This document shows, one piece after another, positions 22,516 through 31,154 of a DNA stretch of 32,000 nucleotides (its first letter is position 1; each line of letters starts with the position of its first letter). The notes below the pieces were generated by a model, which saw only the letters and a list, made by a program, of their open reading frames with translations, did not search any database and was not told the DNA's origin. The position numbers and the translations under genes were made by a program. Origin of the DNA: Gemmata obscuriglobus. Its GTDB lineage: Bacteria > Planctomycetota > Planctomycetia > Gemmatales > Gemmataceae. The DNA lies in the NCBI RefSeq assembly GCF_008065095.1, contig NZ_CP042911.1, forward strand, positions 2,730,001 to 2,762,000, given 5' to 3'.

Positions 22516-24702
22516 ATGAGACGGTTCCTGCTGTCCCTGGCGGTTCTCGTGACCGTCGGAGTGACACCGACGTTTGCGGGGTACATTATCATCCGGGTTC
22601 TGCTCGAAGGTGGCGGCGCCACACCGGGCGGCGAATCGATTCCCGGCGGCCCCGGCGGCATCGCTCCGCCCGGCTCGTTCGGCGGCCCGGGTCCGCGCGG
22701 CGGTTCACCCGGAGGGGGGATGCCGCTACCGGGTGGGCCGGGTGGAACGGGACCGTTCGGTCCGGGCGGCGGCATGCCGATGGGGCCGGGGGGCACTGCG
22801 GCGCCAGGCGGCTCCTCCGACCACACGCGGTCCATTGTGGTTGTGGTGCCGCTCGAAACCGATCTCAAGCGAGGGAAGCTTCTCCCCAACCGCGCCGGCC
22901 ACCCGCAGCTCAACCCCGAGTTCCGAAAGCTCGAGCTGCGTCACTACGGGCAGAAGCTGTCTGCTTTCCTGTTCATTGATAGCACCACCATTCAGCTTTA
23001 CGAAGAATTGCTCACCACACCGGGGCCGAAAAAGACCCGTCACACAGAGGTGCTCGATAAATATGCCGCCTGGCGCCTGGCCAAGACCGACGGTCGCGTG
23101 CTCTACGACGCGGTCGTGATGGCGCTCCAGGCGGGGATGGTGACCGAAGCACTGACTTACGCCGATGAGCTGGTCGCGGCCGCGCAAGACACGAAGGTCA
23201 CCATTCCGGAGCGCGACGTGAAGCCGTTTGTGGCGGCGTGGTCCGCCGTCCGCAAGGCCGTGGCCGACACCCCGGGGGCGCCGAGCGATGCCGCCCTGTG
23301 GCAGGAGCGGCTCGACTTTCGCAACGGAAACGTCACCACGCTCGGCCACTACTCCGTCCTCGCGGCGGACAATAACTCAGCGGATGTTGCGCGCCGGGCG
23401 GCGCAACTGAACGACAATTTCAAGGCGTTTTACCTGTGGCACGCCACCCGAGGTGAAACGCTTCCGGTGCCAAACAAGCCGCTCGTCGCGGTGCTCGCGC
23501 CCGGGCCGGAAGCCGTCCGCAGCCTGAACCGCGCGCTCGACGGGCTGCCGATATCCGACGCGTTTTACGCGCCCGATCACGGGGTTCTGGTGCTTTCGCC
23601 CGAACGCATGGACGACGTCGGCCAGACGTTTCTGCGGCAGAACCAGCAACTGTTCGGGCGCGGGCTGAACCGCCAGCAGTTGCTCGCGGGTAAGGCCCCC
23701 GAGATCGATTTCAGTGGGCAGAAGGGCACCAAGCCGGACGACGTGGCGCACGCGTCCACGCTCGCCGCCGTCGAGCGCCTGGCGATCGACGACGCGGAGA
23801 TCGCGGCGGTCAGCCGCGAGGGTTCCAGGCAACTGCTGTACGCCACCGGGGTCCTGCCGAAGCACGTTACGCTCCCGGTGTGGCTCACCAACGGGGCGGT
23901 CAACTTCTTCACCCGGCCGCGCGGGCCGGCCTACGTCACCGTTGGCGATGACGAGACACCCAACATGCACGTCGCGCTGGCCACCGGGTACGGCGGGCCG
24001 AACTACGTGCTTCAGCGCCACTTCCGCGACTTCGTTACCAAAAAGGAACTGCCCTCAGAAGCCGACCGGTTGCTGGAGAACGTGCTCGGCGATGTGTACT
24101 TTAACGGGATCAAGAACGGCGACGACCCCGACCCCGCTCCGCCGAAAAAGGTGACGAAGAAGGTCAACCCGAACCCAATGGCCCCGATGTTCCCTGGCCA
24201 ACCGGGGCGCCCCGGGATGGACGGGGAGGGGGGGCGCGGCCCCGGGATTCCGGGCGGCCCGGGCATGCCCGGCCAAGGCGCTGCGACCGCATCGGCGGAG
24301 GAAGATCCCGCTCTGCTGCTCCGGCGCAAGCAACAGCGATTGGCGCTCAAGGCAAACGCCACGTCATGGGCTCTCTACTACTACCTCGCCAAGGCCCGAC
24401 CGGCCGAACTCAAACGGTACATTGCCGAACTAAATAAGCTGCCGCGCGACCTGCCGATCGACGGCCGTACCGCGTTCGGGGTGTTTGTGCGGGTGTTCGG
24501 GCTTTCGACCTCAGAAGACGGCCCGGCCGATCCGGTTGCGGTCAAGAAATTCGCTAACGACTGGTTCACCTACATCAACAGCGTCGGGCTGGTCGGGGTT
24601 GATGTCCCCCTGGTGCTTTCGGCGCCGAAAACGCCGGCGACCAACCCGATGGGCATGCCGGGTTTGTTTGGACCTGGTAGTGGCGGGGGCGATGGGCGCT
24701 GA
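22516..24702 (+). CDS. Secreted hypothetical protein with Gly/Pro-rich low-complexity segments near both ends
   Basis: ATG at 22516 has GGAGAGG upstream. MRRFLLSLAVLVTVGVTPTFAG looks like a signal peptide. PGGPGG-type tracts span roughly 22620-22830 and 24180-24290. It is co-directional with the previous gene. Confidence 0.8.
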   Translation: MRRFLLSLAVLVTVGVTPTFAGYIIIRVLLEGGGATPGGESIPGGPGGIAPPGSFGGPGPRGGSPGGGMPLPGGPGGTGPFGPGGGMPMGPGGTAAPGGSSDHTRSIVVVVPLETDLKRGKLLPNRAGHPQLNPEFRKLELRHYGQKLSAFLFIDSTTIQLYEELLTTPGPKKTRHTEVLDKYAAWRLAKTDGRVLYDAVVMALQAGMVTEALTYADELVAAAQDTKVTIPERDVKPFVAAWSAVRKAVADTPGAPSDAALWQERLDFRNGNVTTLGHYSVLAADNNSADVARRAAQLNDNFKAFYLWHATRGETLPVPNKPLVAVLAPGPEAVRSLNRALDGLPISDAFYAPDHGVLVLSPERMDDVGQTFLRQNQQLFGRGLNRQQLLAGKAPEIDFSGQKGTKPDDVAHASTLAAVERLAIDDAEIAAVSREGSRQLLYATGVLPKHVTLPVWLTNGAVNFFTRPRGPAYVTVGDDETPNMHVALATGYGGPNYVLQRHFRDFVTKKELPSEADRLLENVLGDVYFNGIKNGDDPDPAPPKKVTKKVNPNPMAPMFPGQPGRPGMDGEGGRGPGIPGGPGMPGQGAATASAEEDPALLLRRKQQRLALKANATSWALYYYLAKARPAELKRYIAELNKLPRDLPIDGRTAFGVFVRVFGLSTSEDGPADPVAVKKFANDWFTYINSVGLVGVDVPLVLSAPKTPATNPMGMPGLFGPGSGGGDGR

Positions 24703-24795
24703 GCGAGCCGAGAAAGAGCGGAAGGTTTCGTGCGCGGCGCTTGACCTTCCGCCTCGTCTCTTTAAGATAGCTTCACACCCCTGACGCAAGGGGAT

Positions 24796-24879
24796 GCCGA
24801 GGTGGCGGAATTGGCAGACGCACTAGATTCAGGTTCTAGCGCTCGCAAGGGCGTGGAGGTTCAAGTCCTCTCCTCGGCA
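24796..24879 (+). tRNA. tRNA-Leu (anticodon CAG), long variable arm
   Basis: The acceptor pairs GCCGAGG with CCTCGGC. The anticodon arm is CTAGA-TTCAGGT-TCTAG. The variable arm is GCGCTCGCAAGGGCGT and the T arm is GGAGG-TTCAAGT-CCTCT. Confidence 0.9.
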
Positions 24880-24884
24880 CCTTC

Positions 24885-24916
24885 AGCCCATCGGGTAAAA
24901 CCGGTGGGCTTTTTTC
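24885..24916 (+). terminator. Intrinsic terminator after tRNA-Leu
   Basis: agcccatcgg pairs with ccggtgggct (one G-U pair) around the loop gtaaaa. The hairpin is followed by tttttt. Confidence 0.75.
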
Positions 24917-25140
24917 GTTTCTAACCGGATTCCTAGCAGACTACCGGCTTCACATTATTTAGGCCGATGTTTAAGCAATAACGGCTTTCGGGCACCCAAA
25001 AGGACGAGAAGCCGAGTGCCCACTTCACGCCCCCGAACCTGAATCCGTTGCGGTCGCTGTTCTTAACGGATTTACACGTCCGAGTTTCGCACTGACGGCG
25101 TGCGGTCGGCGGCTCGAACTCACCGACGAGCGAGGACGGC

Positions 25141-25386
25141 GTGACACTGTTCGAGGACCCGTTCTTCACCTTCCGGTTCGCCGACGACCGGCGCATTGCT
25201 CGTTTCCATTTGGAGGGTGTCGAAGCCGGTATTCGGGTGGCCGTCTACCAGATCGATCCCGGCACCGGCGAGCGGCGGCGCCTGTTGGCAGAAGCGGCGG
25301 TGGGCGACGGCGGGTGGGTGGACTTGTCCGAACCTATTATGGTCGGGGCGGGTGATGCGTTCATAGCCGTGCCGCAGAACCTGTAA
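25141..25386 (+). CDS. Small hypothetical protein
   Basis: 81 aa with a GTG start and GAGGAC upstream. The composition is ordinary, and it ends 13 nt before the TspO start codon. Confidence 0.55.
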   Translation: MTLFEDPFFTFRFADDRRIARFHLEGVEAGIRVAVYQIDPGTGERRRLLAEAAVGDGGWVDLSEPIMVGAGDAFIAVPQNL

Positions 25387-25399
25387 GGACGCAACCGAG

Positions 25400-25792
25400 A
25401 TGAACTGGATCGACTGGTACGATTCGCTCGCCAAACCCTGGTGGACCCCCGCCCCGGCAACGATCCGCCTGATCTGGGGGTGCCTGTACCCAATCATCCT
25501 CGTCAGCTTCGGGTTCGTGTTCATACAGGCGTTACGGCGCAAATTGCCACGCCGGGTCGCCCTGCCGTTCGCCGCGAACCTCGTCGCCAACCTCTTGTTC
25601 ATGCCGATCTTCGCCGGACTGCGGAGCGTGCCGTTGGCGGCGGCGGACATCGTGGTCGTGTGGGCGACGATCCTCTGGTGCGTGGTCGCCGTCTGGTCGC
25701 ATTACCGGTGGGTCGCCTTCGCCCAAGTTCCGTATTTCATTTGGGTGTCGCTCGCTACAGCGATCCAATTGTCGATTACAGCGATGAACTGA
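25400..25792 (+). CDS. tspO: TspO/MBR-family tryptophan-rich membrane protein (short form)
   Basis: WYDSLAKPWWTPAPATIRLIWGCLYPII and the C-terminal VPYFIWVSLATAIQLSITAMN match the TspO signature blocks. Several hydrophobic helices are present. Confidence 0.8.
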   Translation: MNWIDWYDSLAKPWWTPAPATIRLIWGCLYPIILVSFGFVFIQALRRKLPRRVALPFAANLVANLLFMPIFAGLRSVPLAAADIVVVWATILWCVVAVWSHYRWVAFAQVPYFIWVSLATAIQLSITAMN

Positions 25793-25866
25793 CGGACCTG
25801 CGGTTCGGAGCGTTCACCCGAGACGAGCGAGTTCGTGGAGAATCGACTCGCACCAGCCCTGTGGCG

Positions 25867-25891
25867 TGGAACCTGGAACCTGAAGCTACTG
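25867..25891. repeat. Solo copy of the (T)GGAACC heptad / TGAARCTACTG motif related to the TIR of the 30.7-kb MITE-like element
   Basis: tggaacctggaacctgaagctactg compares with ggaacctggaatttgaaactactg at 30953-30976, with 21 of 24 positions aligned by eye. It sits at the 3' end of the DUF2256 gene. Confidence 0.5.
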
Positions 25892-26062
25892 CGAACTCTG
25901 TGCGACACGTTTCGCCCGCCCTGCTCGGCACGCCTCGCTGCAGTACCGCACGTGATCCCAGCACCGTTCCCACTTCTTCCGCCAGGTGAACGGGCGCCCG
26001 CAGACCGCACACGTCTTCGAGGGCAGGTTCTCTTTCTTGCGGGCCACGGCAGCACTCGGCAT
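25886..26062 (-). CDS. DUF2256-type small zinc-ribbon protein
   Basis: Only the last 58 codons of ORF 25886..27154(-) look real: [49 protein letters not shown]. This matches the DUF2256 pattern as I recall it. The rest of that ORF is antisense to 26123..27214. Confidence 0.75.
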   Translation of the reverse strand: MPSAAVARKKENLPSKTCAVCGRPFTWRKKWERCWDHVRYCSEACRAGRAKRVAQSSQ

Positions 26063-26122
26063 TGATGATGTTCGGGCAACGGCCATTGTAGCGCACGGCG
26101 GTGAGCGCCGCAGGGCAAGGCG

Positions 26123-27214
26123 ATGTCCGCCGGGAATCCAGGCATGACCCCTGAACACGTCGCCGCCAGCTACGACCAGATCGCCCATCAGTGGCTCGAC
26201 CTCTCGACCTACGGGTTCGCCCAAATCGAGCGGGCCGTCGCCTTCGTAAAACGCAAAGGCACGGCCCTCGACGTGGGGTGCGGCACCGGGCGACTGATGG
26301 GACTGTTGGACAAGCACGGGTTCCGCACGGACGGCCTCGACGTGTCCCCGGCCATGATCGCCCTCGCACGCGACCGTCACCCGAACGCCCGGCTGTTTCA
26401 CGCCGACATCTGCGGGTGGGAACAGCCCCAGCCATATGACCTGATCGTGGCCTGGGACAGCGTGTGGCACGTCCCGCTGGACCGCCAGGGGCCGGTCCTG
26501 ACGAAGCTCTGTCGGGGGCTGGCGGCGGGTGGCGTTCTGGTCTTCTCGACGGGCGGCACGGACGGGCCGGACGAGCGGCAGAACACGTTCATGGGACCAC
26601 CCATGTACCACGCCACACTCGGCATCCCCAGGACGTTGCGAATCCTGGCCGCAGCGGGCTGCGTCTGCCGCCACCTGGAGTACGACCAGCACCCTGAAGA
26701 CCACGTCTACTTCATCGCTCAGAAACCGGCGAACGCCAACCCAACGACGGGTGGTCCCGTGCGGCTTCGTGCCGTTCAACCGGGCGATCTTCCCCGCATG
26801 TTCGAGATGCAACTCGACCCGGAGTCGAACCGCATGGCGGTCACGAACCCCCGGAGCCGTGAGGCGTTCGACGCACACTGGACGAAGGCGCTGGCCGACC
26901 CGGTGAACACCACCAGGGCCGTTCTGTTCGACGGGGAGATGGTCGGGTACATTTCTTGCTTCCCGATGGACGGCGAGGACCACGTCGGGTACTGGATCGA
27001 CCGGGCGTTTTGGGGCATGCGGATCGCCGGCCGGGCGCTGCACCTGTTGCTGGGCGAAGTCACGAAGCGCCCGCTGGTCGCCACCGCCGCCACGAGTAAC
27101 GGTGCGTCCCTGCGGGTGCTCCAGAAGTGCGGGTTCGTCGTCGAGCGGGTTCACCTCGCGCCCGCCAGCGACCGGTACCCGGAGTGCGAAGAGGCCGTCC
27201 TCGTGCTGCGGTAA
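26123..27214 (+). CDS. Fusion protein: class I SAM-dependent methyltransferase (N-terminal) plus GNAT-family N-acetyltransferase (C-terminal)
   Basis: [15 protein letters not shown] is motif I, followed by [10 protein letters not shown]. The C-terminal half is GNAT/RimJ-like: [23 protein letters not shown]...[32 protein letters not shown]...[17 protein letters not shown]. Confidence 0.75.
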   Translation: MSAGNPGMTPEHVAASYDQIAHQWLDLSTYGFAQIERAVAFVKRKGTALDVGCGTGRLMGLLDKHGFRTDGLDVSPAMIALARDRHPNARLFHADICGWEQPQPYDLIVAWDSVWHVPLDRQGPVLTKLCRGLAAGGVLVFSTGGTDGPDERQNTFMGPPMYHATLGIPRTLRILAAAGCVCRHLEYDQHPEDHVYFIAQKPANANPTTGGPVRLRAVQPGDLPRMFEMQLDPESNRMAVTNPRSREAFDAHWTKALADPVNTTRAVLFDGEMVGYISCFPMDGEDHVGYWIDRAFWGMRIAGRALHLLLGEVTKRPLVATAATSNGASLRVLQKCGFVVERVHLAPASDRYPECEEAVLVLR

Positions 27215-27421
27215 GCCCCGGCTTCATCCCGCGACTCTCCCGCTGATTGATTCAATGCGCCGCTTGATCTCGATGCCATGCTTTGGGCGACGGCGAGCCG
27301 TTTCTCGATCTCGTGGGTGGTCGGCGGCGGTCGTCGCTCCTTCGGCAAGTCATTTCGGTGGGCGATGCCAAACTGGTGGATCAAAACAGGCCGCATCGAG
27401 GATAATGAAGAAGAGGCGACG

Positions 27422-28762
27422 ATGGCGGTGAGGCTGAAGACGATGCCGACGGGCCAGATAAGCGTGGTCATCCAGCACCTTCGGGCTGATGTCAGGCCGG
27501 ACGGTGACGGCGTGACCGATGGGGAACTCTTGGCCCGCTTCGTGAGAAGCCGGGATGAAGACGTCCTTGCAGCCCTTGTGCGGCGTCACGCCCCGATGGT
27601 GTGGGGCGTCTGTCGCCGCCTCCTCGACCACCACGATGCCGAGGATGCGTTTCAGGCCACGTTCCTTGTCCTCGTCCGCAAGGCAGCGGACGTGCCGAGG
27701 CATGCTGTCGCCAACTGGCTCTACGGCGTGGCCCGGCAGACGGCGGGGCGGGTGAGGGCGTTGGCGGCGAAGCGGGGACGACGTGAGACGCAGGTGGTGA
27801 TTATGCCCGAACCGACCGTGGCGGAAGTCCGTGTCTCCGACTTGCAGAGCGTCGTGGACAAGGAGTTGAGCCGCCTGCCCGACCACTACCGGGTCGTCGT
27901 CGTCCTGTGCGACCTTGAGGGCATGACCCGCAGGGAGGCGGCCAGGCAACTCGACATCCCCGAAGGGAGCGTGGCGAGTCGGCTGGCGAGGGCGAGGGCA
28001 ATGTTGGCGAAGCGACTCACTCAACGGGGTGTCACGCTGTCCGGTGGGTCGTTGGCGGCGGTCCTGTCGCAGAACGTGGCGTCGGCGGGCGTCCCGGCGT
28101 TGGTGGTGTCGAACACGATCAAGGTCACAAGCCTCACGGCGGCGGGGCGGGCGACAACGGGGGTGATATCGGTCAAGGTCGCCGCTCTCACGGAAGGAGT
28201 GCTGAAAGCCATGTTCATGAGCAAACTCAAAGCGTTGGCGGGAGTCCTGATGCTGGCGACGTGCCTCATCGGAGTCGGCGTAACTGTCGTTCTGGCGAAG
28301 CAGGACCACGCACCAACGAAGGCCGGGTCGGATGCACCCGATGCGAAGCAAGCAGCGGCGAAGGAAGCCGCTGTCAAGGCGATGCAGGAGCGTCTTCAGG
28401 GGACATGGAAGCTCGTGGCCATGCACAGCAATGGCACGAAGAGCGAGCTTGACATCATCAACACGATCAAGGGGAACACCTGGGAAACCAAGCTGGATGG
28501 CAAGGTCTTCCAGTCCGGGACGTTCAAGTTGGTCGATCTCGACGCCAGCCCCAGGCAGATCGAGTGGGTAATTACTTTTGCCGAAGCCGAAGAAGTTAAG
28601 GGCAAGACCATCCACGGCATCTTCATGCTCGATGGCGACTCGCTGTGTTGGAACACCTGTGATGCCGCCAAGTACCCACGCCCGCAGGCTTTCTTCACCG
28701 AGCAGGACGACGGGTGCTGTGCGGGGATGTTCAAACGTGCCGACCCAAAGAAGGACCGGTGA
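27422..28762 (+). CDS. ECF-type sigma factor fused to a transmembrane segment and a C-terminal lipocalin-like planctomycete domain
   Basis: HAPMVWGVCRRLLDHHDAEDAFQATFLVLVRKA looks like region 2. LPDHYRVVVVLCDLEGMTRREAARQLDIPEGSVASRLARARAML looks like region 4. LKALAGVLMLATCLIGVGVTVVL is a TM helix. LQGTWKLVAMHSNG...TFKLVDLDASPRQIEW...KTIHGIFMLDGDSLCW resembles the domain I recall as TIGR03067. The start is uncertain: 27422 or 27443. Confidence 0.8.
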   Translation: MAVRLKTMPTGQISVVIQHLRADVRPDGDGVTDGELLARFVRSRDEDVLAALVRRHAPMVWGVCRRLLDHHDAEDAFQATFLVLVRKAADVPRHAVANWLYGVARQTAGRVRALAAKRGRRETQVVIMPEPTVAEVRVSDLQSVVDKELSRLPDHYRVVVVLCDLEGMTRREAARQLDIPEGSVASRLARARAMLAKRLTQRGVTLSGGSLAAVLSQNVASAGVPALVVSNTIKVTSLTAAGRATTGVISVKVAALTEGVLKAMFMSKLKALAGVLMLATCLIGVGVTVVLAKQDHAPTKAGSDAPDAKQAAAKEAAVKAMQERLQGTWKLVAMHSNGTKSELDIINTIKGNTWETKLDGKVFQSGTFKLVDLDASPRQIEWVITFAEAEEVKGKTIHGIFMLDGDSLCWNTCDAAKYPRPQAFFTEQDDGCCAGMFKRADPKKDR

Positions 28763-28947
28763 GCAGGGCCATCGGCTTCAACTTCGGGATCAACTCATTA
28801 AGGACCATCCCCTTCACCTTCTGCACGGTCGGGGGCGAACGGCTTGGGCGGCTTCACCTGCTTTGGGTGAAGCCGCTTTCGTTGTCCTCCTTCTCGACGT
28901 AGGCGAAGTCGTGATTCCGCCATCCCGAGCACGCGGGGCCGCGGCGG

Positions 28948-29886
28948 TCAGCCGGTCGTGTCGCCGAGCGCCTTCTGGATCGCTGCGCGAACGCTCATCG
29001 GCCTGATCGGGAACACGTCCAGCGCCGCCTTGTCCCGCACCACGGTGGGGTTCTTCAGCCCCTCGATCAGGTGGCGGCCGACCTCGAACGCCGCGGGCGT
29101 CACCAGCGCCAGCCACAGCCCGGACAGGTACGGGGTCAGCACGGGCACCGAGATCAGCCACCGGCGCCGCCCCGTCTGCCGGGCGTACTCCCGGATCATC
29201 CCGCCGTAGCTGGTTGCCTCCGGGCACCCGATCTCGAAGGTCCGGCTCCCGCCCGGCGGCAGGTCTTTCGCCGCCAGCAGGTAGGCCAGCACGTCGTCCA
29301 CGGCGACGGGCTGGGTCGGCGTGTTCAGCCAGCGCGGGCACAGCATCACCGGCAACCGGTCGGTCAACTTCTTCACCAGGTCGAACGACAGGCTCCCGGT
29401 GCCGATCACCAGGGACGCCCGGAACTCGACGGTTTCCACGCCCGACGCCCGCAGGATGTCGCCGACCTCGTGGCGGCTCCGCAGGTGGGGCGAGAGGTCC
29501 GGGTCGGCGTCGTCCCCCAACCCGCCGAGGTAAATGATCCGCCGCACCCCGGCCCGCGTTGCCGCCCGGGCGAAGTTGGTCGCCCCCTCACGGTCGTCCT
29601 TCTCGAAGTCGCCGGGGCCGGACATCAGGTGAACGAGGTAGTAGGCCGTCCGAACGCCCTGCAGCGCCCCGTCCAGCGAGTGCGGGGTGAGCACGTCGCC
29701 CGGAACGACCTCCGTGGTCGCCCGAACGTGCGGGCGCAACTTGTCCGGGTTCCGGGCCAGGCACCGAACAACCCCCGGTTGCGCTTCGAGGAGCGGGATC
29801 AGCCGCCCGCCGACGTAACCGGATGCCCCGGCCACGAGGGTGACAGCGGTGTTCGGGTCTTCGGAACGATTCGGCTCCGGTTGCAT
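28948..29886 (-). CDS. NAD(P)-binding SDR/NmrA-like oxidoreductase with a C-terminal DUF2867-like region
   Basis: VTLVAGASGYVGGRLIPLL is a Rossmann GxxGxxG motif. The start is ATG at 29886 (alternative at 29934). ORF 29071..29985(+) is a shadow frame. Confidence 0.75.
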   Translation of the reverse strand: MQPEPNRSEDPNTAVTLVAGASGYVGGRLIPLLEAQPGVVRCLARNPDKLRPHVRATTEVVPGDVLTPHSLDGALQGVRTAYYLVHLMSGPGDFEKDDREGATNFARAATRAGVRRIIYLGGLGDDADPDLSPHLRSRHEVGDILRASGVETVEFRASLVIGTGSLSFDLVKKLTDRLPVMLCPRWLNTPTQPVAVDDVLAYLLAAKDLPPGGSRTFEIGCPEATSYGGMIREYARQTGRRRWLISVPVLTPYLSGLWLALVTPAAFEVGRHLIEGLKNPTVVRDKAALDVFPIRPMSVRAAIQKALGDTTG

Positions 29887-30019
29887 CTTCGGCCCGGCTC
29901 TCGGTTGGGAAGTGGTTCGTTCTGCGGGTATCATTCCTCACGGGCGGTACCCGCGCCCGTCTCTATCGCAATAGTTGTACCGTAATCCCGAATCGTTTCG
30001 GGCGAGATCGAAGGTGCGA

Positions 30020-30616
30020 ATGCTGTCGTTGCGAAAGCCGTCGGCCGACACGCTGCGCCCGTTCCTGGCGGCGCAGTCGGACCTGCCGTTCACCTATGCG
30101 GCGGTGGGCGCAACCGCCGGCACCCCGCCCGACGGGTTCGACGTGGACCGCACCCGCACCAAACTGGGGGAGGGCGAACCGGTGTTCCGCTCGGCGGTCG
30201 ACGCACTGCGGCGGTGGGAGCAGTTCCGGCTGGGCTGGGTCGAGGCCTGGTCGCCGGACACGCCCATCCGAACCGGCGCGGTGGTGGCGGTGATGGGCCG
30301 GGCCGTCGGGCTGTGGTGGCTCAACGCCTGCCGGATCGTGTACACCGTGGACGAGGCGGGGCCGGTGTCGAGGTTCGGGTTCGCCTACGGGACGCTGCCG
30401 GGCCACGTCGAGCGCGGGGAGGAGCGGTTCCTGATCGAGTGGGACCGGGCAAGCGGCGGCGTGTGGTACGACATCCTGGCGTTCTCCCGCCCGAAGCACG
30501 TCTTGGCCCGCATCGGCTACCCCGTGGTGCGGCGCAAGCAGAAGCGGTTCGGGCGGCACTCGGCGGCGGCGATGCTCCGGGCCATCCGCCCCGCCGGGGC
30601 CGGTCATCCCGAATGA
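30020..30616 (+). CDS. DUF1990-family protein
   Basis: ATG at 30020. FTYAAVGAT...LGEGEPVFRSAVDALRRWEQFRLGW...CRIVYTVDE...FAYGTLPGHVERGEERFLIEWD matches the DUF1990 pattern. It diverges from the SDR gene. Confidence 0.75.
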   Translation: MLSLRKPSADTLRPFLAAQSDLPFTYAAVGATAGTPPDGFDVDRTRTKLGEGEPVFRSAVDALRRWEQFRLGWVEAWSPDTPIRTGAVVAVMGRAVGLWWLNACRIVYTVDEAGPVSRFGFAYGTLPGHVERGEERFLIEWDRASGGVWYDILAFSRPKHVLARIGYPVVRRKQKRFGRHSAAAMLRAIRPAGAGHPE

Positions 30617-30690
30617 CTGGAGTCAGGGGACGCGGTATGATCGCCGAAAAGCAACTTCGATCCGAACCGCTCAGGTGGCTCAAAACCGAA

Positions 30691-30978
30691 TCCAGTAGTT
30701 TCAAGTTCCAGGTTCCAAGTTCCACGTCAAGCCAAACGGCACACGGGCGGTCCGGAGCGGGTACCGAGTCCCATCGTTTCAAGTTCGCGCGGCCGTGGCG
30801 ATCGGCCGGGAGCCCAGAGCACGCCGAAGTTACACCGGCCTGCGGACGCCGACGGTTCGACCGTGGCTCGTCGAACCGTCGGCATCCGCAGGCCGGTGGC
30901 GCACGCACGTGACCAACTTGGAACGACTGGAGCCGGTTTCCACTTGGAACTTGGAACCTGGAATTTGAAACTACTGGA
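30691..30978. mobile_element. 288-bp MITE-like non-coding element with 34-bp terminal inverted repeats and a nested 27-bp-stem hairpin
   Basis: tccagtagtttcaagttccaggttccaagttcca (30691-30724) matches the reverse complement of 30945-30978 at 33 of 34 positions. The inner palindrome 30835-30861 with 30870-30896 matches at 26 of 27 positions around an 8-nt loop. The ORFs spanning it are low-complexity artefacts. Confidence 0.7.
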
Positions 30979-30992
30979 ATGACGTTGACGCC

Positions 30993-31154
30993 ATGACCGA
31001 CGGCTTGGTCGAGTACAAGAAGACTCAGTACCCGGACGACCGGCGGCGGATTCTTGTCTGCGGCATCCCGGACGGCAAGGTGCGGGTGGAGTTGCTCTCC
31101 GCCGCACCCGGCACCGATTCGATCTGGGAGTTCAAACTCTACGGTCTGGTGTGA
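30993..31154 (+). CDS. Small hypothetical protein (53 aa) whose frame stays coding-like past its TGA to 31265
   Basis: Hand translation gives MTDGLVEYKKTQYPDDRRRILVCGIPDGKVRVELLSAAPGTDSIWEFKLYGLV*. The codon third positions show a strong G/C bias. It is below the ORF-track size cutoff. Confidence 0.45.
   Translation: MTDGLVEYKKTQYPDDRRRILVCGIPDGKVRVELLSAAPGTDSIWEFKLYGLV

Noticed and set aside
20861-22567. 568-aa minus-strand ORF
   Set aside because: It is antisense to the signal-peptide-bearing 21017..22450 gene. Its composition is strongly R/G/P/V-biased, which is typical of shadow frames in high-GC DNA.
22600-22830. G/P-rich region as a possible DNA-level tandem repeat or hypervariable cassette
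   Set aside because: The low complexity is at the amino-acid level only. The nucleotide sequence is not a clean tandem repeat and lies in frame within the 22516..24702 CDS.
26063-27154. The upstream 364 codons of the 422-aa ORF 25886..27154(-)
   Set aside because: This part is antisense to the MTase-GNAT gene, which has clear motifs. Only the last 58 codons (DUF2256 pattern, own ATG at 26062) look genuine.
27350-28615. 421-aa minus-strand ORF
   Set aside because: It is a shadow of the ECF sigma gene and encodes an R/P/H-rich junk-like sequence.
29071-30607. Long ORFs 29071..29985(+) and 29963..30607(-)
   Set aside because: They are antisense to the SDR and DUF1990 genes respectively, both of which carry recognisable motifs. 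Their translations are R/P/G-rich.
30214-31107. ORFs 30214..30912(+), 30321..30908(-) and 30727..31107(-) spanning the inverted-repeat region
   Set aside because: They run through the MITE-like palindromes and mirror each other (for example the FKFQVPSS peptides on both strands). This is a consequence of inverted repeats rather than coding.
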